A stretch of DNA of 37,144 bases from a virus (lineage: Duplodnaviria > Caudoviricetes): IMG/VR virus record IMGVR_UViG_3300044513_004503, positions 1 through 37,144 of that record. One strand, written 5' to 3'. The notes under the pieces are model-generated. The model worked only from the letters and a program-made list of their open reading frames with translations. It did no database searches and had not been told where the DNA came from. The position numbers and the translations under genes are program-made. The stretch's first letter is position 1, and each line of letters begins with the position of its first letter. This document shows positions 26,448 through 34,055 of this stretch, piece after piece.

Positions 26448-27066
26448 CTTTGCCGATATTCGAGAAAATCTCGACAAATTTGTCAGCCTGGTTAAAACCT
26501 AGCTCTAAACGTGGCAGATATATAAAATAGCCCCAAAACAGAGGTGTTTGGTGGGTAAATAATTTCTTACCGTGAACTAAGTTTGCGCGATCTTTAGGGA
26601 TGCAAACCGGAAAATCCCACATTTCCGGGTGAATTCGCATCATTTCTGGATATGTGGTGTAGAACAGCGCCTCAGGGATGTTCCTGAGCTTCCATTCCTT
26701 CACCAGCCTCTGAAACCAGATCACTGATGGTGCCTTCGCTGCTGCTCCAGCTTTGAGGCTCCAGCGCCAAGTCCCCCGTTTTTTGCTGAAAGAGCAGCGT
26801 CCGTACGTCGGAGGGAATAGATAGGTTACGCCTGTCCATGGCTCTTGGATGTTGAGGCCATCGTCCTCCAAAGTATAGATCTTCCGAGCACGAAGGAACT
26901 CTGCATTTGCATGGTGAGTCGAGCAGGGGTCCAGATCAATGTCTCCCAGCAGTGCATCTATATAAGGTAAGTATTCGACTGGAGTGAGCCAGTCATCAGC
27001 CACATGCTTAATGCGGCCAATGACCCACTTGATGTCAGTCCAGCGTCTTTGAGCGGCTCTTCTCAC
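26437..27066 (-). CDS. Phage Dam-like N6-adenine methyltransferase homologue with atypical catalytic motif
   Basis: DDWLTP, IDLDPCS, YT.EDDGL...W motifs; FPPTY where NPPY is expected. Confidence 0.8.
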   Translation of the reverse strand: MRRAAQRRWTDIKWVIGRIKHVADDWLTPVEYLPYIDALLGDIDLDPCSTHHANAEFLRARKIYTLEDDGLNIQEPWTGVTYLFPPTYGRCSFSKKRGTWRWSLKAGAAAKAPSVIWFQRLVKEWKLRNIPEALFYTTYPEMMRIHPEMWDFPVCIPKDRANLVHGKKLFTHQTPLFWGYFIYLPRLELGFNQADKFVEIFSNIGKVIY

Positions 27067-27467
27067 ATCCGCATGAAGCTGTCGTTCTGGTTGTCGTGTT
27101 TGTAATGCACCAAGGACATTTGGTCCTTATCCTGAATGATGAAAAGTGACTCTTTTTCAGGTTCAATCATCTCTGCACGGGCGATTGCCTTCTGTATCAC
27201 CTCGGCAGGGCCTTCCATACCTCGGCCATTGAAGTCATTAAGTGCGTTCATTAAGGCCTCGAGAGGCAGATAGAACATGCTGTCTTTCTCTGGCGCATCC
27301 GGAACGTAAACCATTGCACCAGGACCTTCAATACTGTGAAAGCCCCGGTAGTACTCGCACATATCTGAACAGATCCTCTCGATGGCAAGTTTCACCATCG
27401 CTTGTTCAGATTCTGACGGGTTGCTGAGTTGCAACCTACTAAGCATTTTCTTGCGGCGATCGTCCAT
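27063..27467 (-). CDS. Hypothetical protein
   Basis: 134 aa, GTGA-coupled to the methylase-like gene. Confidence 0.75.
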   Translation of the reverse strand: MDDRRKKMLSRLQLSNPSESEQAMVKLAIERICSDMCEYYRGFHSIEGPGAMVYVPDAPEKDSMFYLPLEALMNALNDFNGRGMEGPAEVIQKAIARAEMIEPEKESLFIIQDKDQMSLVHYKHDNQNDSFMRM

Positions 27468-27485
27468 TTTCCTACAAATTTTGAT

Positions 27486-28073
27486 TCAGTTTACCGTGGT
27501 GTTTTCTTCCTGTGTTTGACCACTGGCTTTGATCATGTGGCCCAAACCTGAACGTTTGAGGGTCTCCAGGAGTTTCGGTAACGGCTTGTAGAGGACGACA
27601 GCTTTCTGCATGTTGCCGATTTTCTTGATGAGTTTGCCGTGTTCATCCCGCAACTTGGTCAATTCACCTTGGCGGATGAGGTATTCAGCGACGCAGCGGT
27701 ACCGACGTTTCTCGGCCAGGCCAATGTCGGGGTAGCGGTCACAGATGGTGCTTGTTTTCATGTCGCTGAACGTGAGCCGGATCTGATCAGCCAACGACAG
27801 GCCCATCATTAGGTCCGTGGTGCTTGTTTCGTAGCTGCAGACCAGCTCCAGGTACCGCCTGAGGTCTGGCGTCTCGAAGCTGCCTGATGGCGGCAGGAAG
27901 ATCTCCACTTGCTTTGCGAGAGAAGGGACTAGGAGATCCAGGTAGTTGTCGACGGTGACGGTATTTATATCGAGATCGACGAAGCGGTAGCTTTGGTAGG
28001 TATTAACAGTCCCAGGCAAAGGCTCAAAGTCTGTCTTTTCCAGCGCCTCCAGCCAATCCTTGGTTTCTGTCAT
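27486..28073 (-). CDS. Hypothetical protein (possible DNA-binding, basic C-terminal region)
   Basis: 195 aa ORF with phage-like codon use. Confidence 0.75.
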   Translation of the reverse strand: MTETKDWLEALEKTDFEPLPGTVNTYQSYRFVDLDINTVTVDNYLDLLVPSLAKQVEIFLPPSGSFETPDLRRYLELVCSYETSTTDLMMGLSLADQIRLTFSDMKTSTICDRYPDIGLAEKRRYRCVAEYLIRQGELTKLRDEHGKLIKKIGNMQKAVVLYKPLPKLLETLKRSGLGHMIKASGQTQEENTTVN

Positions 28074-28091
28074 CTGGTTACTTAATTTCTA

Positions 28092-28469
28092 TTAAGTTAA
28101 CGTATTTTTTGACTTTTCCCACTGTCTTTGGTGGTCAAGAATTAGGACGTACTCGTAGTATTCCCTGACTTCGGCCATGTGATCCTTCAGCTGAGTTACG
28201 GTCCGCCATTCACTTCCGTAGATCTCCTCTAAGCGCTTCTCGCATTTCCTGTAGTCACCTCCATAGTTTTCAGCTGCCCATAGAGCTTCAGCGAATGTGC
28301 GCTGTTGGCAGGTCATCAGCTTGTATTTCAACGAGTCAGTGGACACAGAAGCAAGAAACTCGCTAAACTCCTGGATAAAAGGATATTTTTCATCATGCGC
28401 CGCCCGATCACATACGCGGAACTCGTCCTGATCCTGATTCTCTGCCCGCTTGGATTCTTTGGTGCCCAA
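28092..28469 (-). CDS. Hypothetical protein; start uncertain
   Basis: Helical 125 aa ORF, TTG start inside an antisense ORF. Confidence 0.6.
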   Translation of the reverse strand: MGTKESKRAENQDQDEFRVCDRAAHDEKYPFIQEFSEFLASVSTDSLKYKLMTCQQRTFAEALWAAENYGGDYRKCEKRLEEIYGSEWRTVTQLKDHMAEVREYYEYVLILDHQRQWEKSKNTLT

Positions 28470-28523
28470 AATCTCTACGGGTTTGTCACCGATAGAATCA
28501 GTATAGAAGTAAAGTTAAAGTAG
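28395..28523 (+). CDS. 42-aa single-TM peptide
   Basis: MRRPITYAELVLILILCPLGFFGAQNLYGF...; stop overlaps next start. Confidence 0.5.
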   Translation: MRRPITYAELVLILILCPLGFFGAQNLYGFVTDRISIEVKLK

Positions 28524-28966
28524 TGGGCAAAAAGTCAGCTCCTTCACCGGGAACGGTCATCATGCCTGCTCCCGCAGCACCGCCGCCGACACCGCAGGTC
28601 TTCCGTTCCTACATTCCGGTAGAGAGCTATGCGATGGCAGGCGATTACCTGAAGCGTATTCAGGAGGAGACTGACAAGATTCAAGAGCAGCGTTATCAGG
28701 AAGTTGGTACTCCTGGTGAAATCGGTGCTCGTGCCCGTAGTCGTGATGTTCTGACCGCTGCGGCTTACCAAGCATCCCTGCCGACTGCAGATAAGTACCT
28801 GGCGCAGACCACTGGTAAGAGTGATCAGTTTGATCCTGTTAAGCAAGCAGCTGGGCAACAGCTGACTCAGGCACAGATTGAATACGCCAAAGCTCTTCTC
28901 GGTGCTGTCAAGAAACCGCCGTCGACAGTTACTGAGACTCCTTCCTGGGCACAGAAGACGACTTGA
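28523..28966 (+). CDS. Putative internal virion protein (MGKK..P-rich N-terminus)
   Basis: Pro-rich start, Ala/Gln-rich helices; TAGAAT at 28493-28498. Confidence 0.7.
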   Translation: MGKKSAPSPGTVIMPAPAAPPPTPQVFRSYIPVESYAMAGDYLKRIQEETDKIQEQRYQEVGTPGEIGARARSRDVLTAAAYQASLPTADKYLAQTTGKSDQFDPVKQAAGQQLTQAQIEYAKALLGAVKKPPSTVTETPSWAQKTT

Positions 28967-28968
28967 TC

Positions 28969-29271
28969 ATGGGTGCATCTCGTAAAGCTCAGCAGCAGCC
29001 GGAAACTAAGACCGTCGAGCGTGAGGTTGTTACTCCAGCAACTCAGGAAAGTGTTGTGGAGCAGGGACCTGTCGTTCGGATGGCAGGTCAGACCTGGCTT
29101 GATGCAGCTCGGTCAAGCACTCCGGTTACTCGAACCGTCACGACCCCTGGCAGTGTGACGCGGACGCGGGAGGAGGTTCCAGTTGAGCAGCCGAAGCCCA
29201 TGGCCAGAACTGGCAATCCTGTTCTCGACCTGTTTCTTCTTGGTCCAGAGGCTGCAAGACGGTCACGTTAA
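28969..29271 (+). CDS. Low-complexity hypothetical protein
   Basis: ATG 2 nt after previous stop; Thr/Val/Arg-rich. Confidence 0.65.
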   Translation: MGASRKAQQQPETKTVEREVVTPATQESVVEQGPVVRMAGQTWLDAARSSTPVTRTVTTPGSVTRTREEVPVEQPKPMARTGNPVLDLFLLGPEAARRSR

Positions 29272-29459
29272 TAGTCCAGGTTCCCCGTCTCGTTCAGCCA
29301 CTCGCCGTAGATATTTTTTAGCGCATCGTACTCATCGTACGGCATCATCACAACATTTCCCTTTTCTGTGGTGATTAGGTAGGTATTACGATTGTCTGCG
29401 ACATCGTCAAAAATCAGATCAAAGCACTCCTCTAGTTCATGGAGACTGATGGATTTCAT
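29268..29459 (-). CDS. Phd/YefM-family antitoxin-like protein
   Basis: MK.IS..EL...F..I.D.V......YLIT.....VVMMP.DEYDAL. Confidence 0.82.
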   Translation of the reverse strand: MKSISLHELEECFDLIFDDVADNRNTYLITTEKGNVVMMPYDEYDALKNIYGEWLNETGNLDY

Positions 29460-29498
29460 GGTTAATGAAGCAGTGCCAATAGGTTAACATCTTTGTAA

Positions 29499-30173
29499 TT
29501 AAGCAGCGAGACTGCCAAAATCAAAAGATTCATTGACAACGCCAGTTAACAGACCGAAGTTCAGAGCGTCCTCAACAGGCTCATTGACGAAACGCCAGTC
29601 AGTGGTTGAGACGTTAATACCGATCGAGTAAGTTGTCTCCAGGTATTTGATGTCGTTGGTGATCAGGAACAGGTAGTTGCCTGGATCGAGGGTTGTGCTT
29701 GGGTAATCGTTGATGATGTACAGCTCATCGTCTCCCGCATCCACCGAAGCCTGGCGATAAACATAACCAGAGTTGTTAATCGGCAGCTCCTCACGGCGGT
29801 TGTCATCCGTGATTTGGTAGAACGCCAGGAGAGTGTTCTTGTTGGTATTCGAGGCGTACGAAGTCGTGCTATACAGCTGCGAGAACTGGATAGCACGAGG
29901 GCGTTGCAGTTGAATTTTGTAGAAGGTGGTCTGCCGACGAGAGAGGCCACCATGACTATTATTTAACGTGAGCGAGCGAAATACAGAAGAGAAGTCGCCC
30001 AGATCAATAGGATTGTAGAGGGAGTCACCAGCAGTAGCGGGAAGTGGGTCAGAACCAAAGTATGAAGTGGGTCCATAAGCTGTTGGTCCGGATCCTCCCG
30101 TTGGATAGGCCTCTACGGTTCCAAGATTGAAGAAACCTAAGTTAGACGGAATGGTCGTCAGAAACCGGGCCAT
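29499..30173 (-). CDS. Virion structural-type protein on the opposite strand
   Basis: GDS..NPIDLG, L.PG.Y.F.I and terminal (N/D)FG repeats; ATG 30173. Confidence 0.7.
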   Translation of the reverse strand: MARFLTTIPSNLGFFNLGTVEAYPTGGSGPTAYGPTSYFGSDPLPATAGDSLYNPIDLGDFSSVFRSLTLNNSHGGLSRRQTTFYKIQLQRPRAIQFSQLYSTTSYASNTNKNTLLAFYQITDDNRREELPINNSGYVYRQASVDAGDDELYIINDYPSTTLDPGNYLFLITNDIKYLETTYSIGINVSTTDWRFVNEPVEDALNFGLLTGVVNESFDFGSLAA

Positions 30174-30486
30174 TTGCAATACTTAACCCGGTGTAAAGAC
30201 CGTTAGTCCTGCCGGATTGTTGATACTTTTCTTCAATAATTATAGCTCGCTCAGGGAAATACCCTTCTCCTTCGGTTGTCTCAATCATTTCGAAACTACA
30301 ACGCTTTTCCATGCAGCGAAGTTCAAGCTTGGCTTCGTCTTCGGTGTCGAAGTATTCGCTCCACTGGTTCTCACCGCCGTAGCTGATGTGCGCGACATAT
30401 TGGCGGTCAGGAAGGTGGTAGTTACTGGGGAGGACTTCACTCCTCTTCTGTGTGGGCTTTTCTTGTGTGCTCGAAGATGTTGTCAT
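30142..30486 (-). CDS. AP2-like DNA-binding domain protein
   Basis: QYVAHISYGGENQWSEYFDTEDEA resembles AP2 W.A.I...G....LG.F.T.EEA. Confidence 0.55.
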   Translation of the reverse strand: MTTSSSTQEKPTQKRSEVLPSNYHLPDRQYVAHISYGGENQWSEYFDTEDEAKLELRCMEKRCSFEMIETTEGEGYFPERAIIIEEKYQQSGRTNGLYTGLSIANGPVSDDHSV

Positions 30487-31555
30487 GATTCAGCTGAATC
30501 GTCTCGATACCTGATGGCTCAGGGAAATTTTTGAGTTCCCTAATTGTAAGGTGTTTTGGGTTACAGCAGAACGGTGAACATTCCTTTTTGCTGAAAATTC
30601 TGTACTTACCTGTATAGCCACGGCTCAACCAGAATGCAACCCTGGAGGCAGACTGAGTTTTGCCGCTATGGAACGGGGAGGGGAAGTAGGCGATGGATTC
30701 GGTGTTGTTTTTGCGAGTGGCTCCTAACCAAGGCCAGCACTCATCTTCGCCACGGATATCAACCTGTTCCCAAAACCTGCGGACCTGCCAGTACCACTTG
30801 TAGTCGAAGTTCCTGACATCAACGGTGCAGCGATTCTTCTGCAGCTCCTCCATGCAATCTAGGCATTCTCCCATGAGTCCAAAGTTGCCTTTGTGCTTGG
30901 TAGAGCCTTTGCGGTGCCAGGGGCATTGAAGTTCGTTCGACACGTGATACGAGATCTCGAATTGTCTTGCAGCCTGGGGGTGATCAGAGATCAACTGTTG
31001 GATCGATTGATCAACGTGTGTCCAGATCTCAGACAAGTTATCCGTCTTTTTCGTTTCCGCAACCTCTTCATAGGTTTCACGGTTACAGATGCGCCGTGTT
31101 GTGTGGTACGGGATCTGGTACTTCTTTGAGAGCGCCATCACCTTGGCGCCTTCATCCCACTCCTTGCGCAGCTGGGTGATCAAGCTGTTGTCGAGGCTTA
31201 TCGAGCGGCGACGGGTGCTTTCTAGGGCCACGTCCGCTTTCGTCCCCCAGTAGTAGTGGCTGGGGTTCAGGCAGTAGGTGGACTCACAGCAGGCCCTGCG
31301 GACGATCACAGCCGTCTCGTCAGCTGGATACATGCCCGCCAGCCCCATCAGCAACGGACGCGCATCTCGGCCCCTGTAGATGGGGCGCGTGCCATGGCTT
31401 TTGGTGAACCCGTTAAAGGCGGCGTGATTCAGCTGCTTGAGGCACCAACACCGCTCCCTACCCATGAATTTGACGGCCAGCTGGAAGCTCTTGGCCATGG
31501 TCATGGCGTCTGTGGGACCCAACGAGGCCTCCAAAAAGGCTGTCAAAGGAGACAT
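30437..31555 (-). CDS. Tandem His-Cys-box (HNH-like) domain protein with central HTH, probably nuclease-dead
   Basis: CW...C...CLNPSH.YWGT and CWPWLG...ASRVAFW...C...CCNPKHL; LSKKYQIPYHTTRRI HTH; ATG 31555, TACAAT box at 31586-31591 (-). Confidence 0.75.
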   Translation of the reverse strand: MSPLTAFLEASLGPTDAMTMAKSFQLAVKFMGRERCWCLKQLNHAAFNGFTKSHGTRPIYRGRDARPLLMGLAGMYPADETAVIVRRACCESTYCLNPSHYYWGTKADVALESTRRRSISLDNSLITQLRKEWDEGAKVMALSKKYQIPYHTTRRICNRETYEEVAETKKTDNLSEIWTHVDQSIQQLISDHPQAARQFEISYHVSNELQCPWHRKGSTKHKGNFGLMGECLDCMEELQKNRCTVDVRNFDYKWYWQVRRFWEQVDIRGEDECWPWLGATRKNNTESIAYFPSPFHSGKTQSASRVAFWLSRGYTGKYRIFSKKECSPFCCNPKHLTIRELKNFPEPSGIETIQLNHDNIFEHTRKAHTEEE

Positions 31556-31678
31556 TTCAGTAGGGTGGAAGCGTGTGTGCTGCAAATTGTAAGCCAGATC
31601 GCAGTCGTGTCAATGGATCTAGTCTCAACAGCCAAAGGATGAAAAAAAACGCCTTTTTTATTTCTTTCTAAGGATTGC

Positions 31679-31696
31679 TGGGTTATTCCCTGAGTG
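31679..31696 (+). repeat. 18-bp direct repeat copy 1 (TGGGTTATTCCCTGAGTG)
   Basis: Identical to 31929-31946. Confidence 0.92.
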
Positions 31697-31928
31697 CAAA
31701 AAACGAAGTCGCTATGAGTTGTACACCCAGAGAATAATCCCCTCTTCCTATAGCGCTAAGTGAAACCCCCTTAAAAAATGATCCTTTGGATGTTGAGCCC
31801 AGTTTTCTTGCGCCGCAAAGGGTTTGCTTGGCGTGAACCTTGATAAGGTCCTTCCCCCTAGCAAAAAAACGCCTCAAAATCGTCCGTTTTGAGCGTACAT
31901 CGGCCTGTTTCGGAGGTCGTCTGCGTAG

Positions 31929-31946
31929 TGGGTTATTCCCTGAGTG
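31929..31946 (+). repeat. 18-bp direct repeat copy 2
   Basis: Identical to 31679-31696, 250 bp apart. Confidence 0.92.
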
Positions 31947-32015
31947 TTTATGCGGAGCCAGTCCGCTTTAGACAGTCAGTGATTAACCCTATATATAAGG
32001 TATATCCAAGCGAAC

Positions 32016-32210
32016 CTATTTCTCGGGCTTCGGTTGATAAATTTCCTCGAAAGTTTCAGCGTACGTTTGGGCGCAATGCCAAGGTTCGACGTAACGGCAT
32101 AGCGATCCGCTGGGATTGCACACCCTGTGCACCTGATTGCCGTGCATATCGTCACCGAATTCGATTGTCGTACCGTTGGGGTACGTCATGATTACGTCCA
32201 TGACTTTCAT
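32016..32210 (-). CDS. Small Cys/His-containing hypothetical protein
   Basis: HRVC.P.G..CRY.E..H.A pattern; fills gap. Confidence 0.65.
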   Translation of the reverse strand: MKVMDVIMTYPNGTTIEFGDDMHGNQVHRVCNPSGSLCRYVEPWHCAQTYAETFEEIYQPKPEK

Positions 32211-32251
32211 TGGCCAATGTTACTATTGTATGAAAGGATTGCTGTATTTCG

Positions 32252-33112
32252 GTGGCCGATAACGTCTACGATTTCCTAAACAAATTCAAGCTCTCCGACG
32301 TGGGTCGTGCTTTAGCTCCTTATTTGAAGCCGAGCGGTCTGCCTGCTTATGCCATGAGCGGCCCCGAGTATCAGCGTCAGAAAGAAGCAGCAATGTCGCC
32401 GCTTGAGCGTCGTGCTATGTACGGGCCTCTTGGCGACATGGAGTCCGAGAATATTCCTACTTACGACTCTGCTTCTGGAAAATACATTTATGACGGCATG
32501 GTTGCTGATTCGGGTCAGCCGCCCGCAGCTCCCGTCAAGACCTACGCAGCCACGCCCGAGGGTCAGTTTGAGCGCTATTTCAAGACCCCTGAAATGGATC
32601 AGTATTTCGGTGGTACCTCCCGTGGTGAAGCTGCTCCTGCTGATGCAGCGGCCTTGGACAAACTAGCGTCAGGCAAGGGAGTTCCAGAAGGTACCGGTAT
32701 TGCTACCAAGTACCGGGCTGAATCGGCCATGGGTCGCGGAAATATGGACGAAATCGTTGAGGCCATGGGTTACAAGGGCAGCCCGATGGAGACTTGGGCA
32801 CGTTCCAACCCAATGCTGGCCTTCCGTGAGTACAACAAGAAGTTCCCTGCTGGTGAACCGACAATCGGCCCTACTCCTGCAGCACTCCAAGCAAGTGAAG
32901 GTCCTATGACTGCTTTTGGCCAAGAGGTCAAAACTTTCTTCCCTGGTGCTGAGCCTGGTGCAGACGCCGACATGGATCGACTCGAAGGCGAGGAACTCAT
33001 TGATGCATACAACTACATGAGGGGCCAGAAAGGCGGCTCTCGTGAACCTGTCAGTAATCGAGTTGGCGCTTTCCTTGGTAAATACGGCGATTTAGGAGCT
33101 CTTACAAAATGA
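32252..33112 (+). CDS. Putative internal virion/ejection-type protein
   Basis: 286 aa Ala/Pro/Gly/Met-rich; FLxx[FY] motifs at both ends; TACTAT box. Confidence 0.75.
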   Translation: MADNVYDFLNKFKLSDVGRALAPYLKPSGLPAYAMSGPEYQRQKEAAMSPLERRAMYGPLGDMESENIPTYDSASGKYIYDGMVADSGQPPAAPVKTYAATPEGQFERYFKTPEMDQYFGGTSRGEAAPADAAALDKLASGKGVPEGTGIATKYRAESAMGRGNMDEIVEAMGYKGSPMETWARSNPMLAFREYNKKFPAGEPTIGPTPAALQASEGPMTAFGQEVKTFFPGAEPGADADMDRLEGEELIDAYNYMRGQKGGSREPVSNRVGAFLGKYGDLGALTK

Positions 33113-33345
33113 TGTACAACCCTGCTGGTTACGATCCGAGCGGCTTTGGTGTCGGCCCTGACCTGGGCGATCCCCGCCGCCAAGAAAAGCTCCCTGGTGG
33201 CTATGCCACTCAGGGTCAGGCTGTCAGCGCTCCGTATGCTGAAGCAAATATGAAAGCGGCTGAGAAAACCAACCCGATGAATGCTGTTTCGCAGGAACCG
33301 GGCAAAGATTTTCTTAATGGTTATCTCTCCCGCGCACTGGGTTAA
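33109..33345 (+). CDS. Small protein ending in GKDFLNGYL motif
   Basis: ATGA-coupled; low complexity. Confidence 0.72.
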   Translation: MMYNPAGYDPSGFGVGPDLGDPRRQEKLPGGYATQGQAVSAPYAEANMKAAEKTNPMNAVSQEPGKDFLNGYLSRALG

Positions 33346-33354
33346 AGGAAGACA

Positions 33355-33540
33355 ATGGGTGACAACGATTTTCCTACGGTGATGGCCAATGGCGGTAAAG
33401 GTGTTGGCTTCCTGCGCGAATACCTGCGCGGTTTTCAGAGTTATCAACAGGCAGGTACGGATATTCCTGCTCGGAAGGTCCGCACTGACTACGGCCAAGA
33501 GCAAGCCGGTCCCTTAGTTTCCCGCACGATGGTTTCCTGA
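33355..33540 (+). CDS. Small protein with GVGFLREYL motif
   Basis: AAGGA upstream, tight operon spacing. Confidence 0.72.
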   Translation: MGDNDFPTVMANGGKGVGFLREYLRGFQSYQQAGTDIPARKVRTDYGQEQAGPLVSRTMVS

Positions 33541-33542
33541 TT

Positions 33543-33860
33543 ATGTCTTTTCAACCCACCGATTCGGCCTATAAAAAGTTCGGTGTTCTTCAGGAGCAGC
33601 CTCAGGACATGCGCGACATGTTCCCGATCCGTGATCGTATTGATGCTTTTCTACAAGGGTTAGGTAAAACCGGTGAAGACCTTGCACGCATTCCTCTTGC
33701 AGGTAGTCCGCGTACAATCCAGTATTCGCCCCCTGGTGCAATATTGAAGTCACCTGGCTTTGACTCTCCATACATGGATCAGTTACTTCAGCGTGGTTTC
33801 AGACCCCTCAGTGCTCCTCAAGCTCCCCCAGTAGGACCACAGCTCCCTGGCTTTGTCTAA
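33543..33860 (+). CDS. Pro-rich small protein
   Basis: Tight operon spacing; DAFLQGL motif variant. Confidence 0.7.
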   Translation: MSFQPTDSAYKKFGVLQEQPQDMRDMFPIRDRIDAFLQGLGKTGEDLARIPLAGSPRTIQYSPPGAILKSPGFDSPYMDQLLQRGFRPLSAPQAPPVGPQLPGFV

Positions 33861-34048
33861 TGATGCCTACTCGACTCATCAAGAAATACATTGAAGAGTT
33901 TGCAAAGTTTCTCCGTAATCAACCGGACTACGATGACTTCGACTACGGCACTGAGGTCATCCCTGGTGATAAAACGTGGGTGAAAGGTAAGAAGTGCGAG
34001 AAGTGTCAATCATGTTCTTGTAGAATTAATCATAAGGACGAAAATTGA
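33860..34048 (+). CDS. Small hypothetical protein with Cys-rich C-terminus
   Basis: TAATG coupling; CEKCQSCSC. Confidence 0.65.
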   Translation: MMPTRLIKKYIEEFAKFLRNQPDYDDFDYGTEVIPGDKTWVKGKKCEKCQSCSCRINHKDEN

Positions 34049-34055
34049 CAGTTAA

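Noticed and set aside
31679-31946. CRISPR array or IS ends from the 18-bp repeats
   Set aside because: Two direct copies 250 bp apart; no transposase or spacer periodicity
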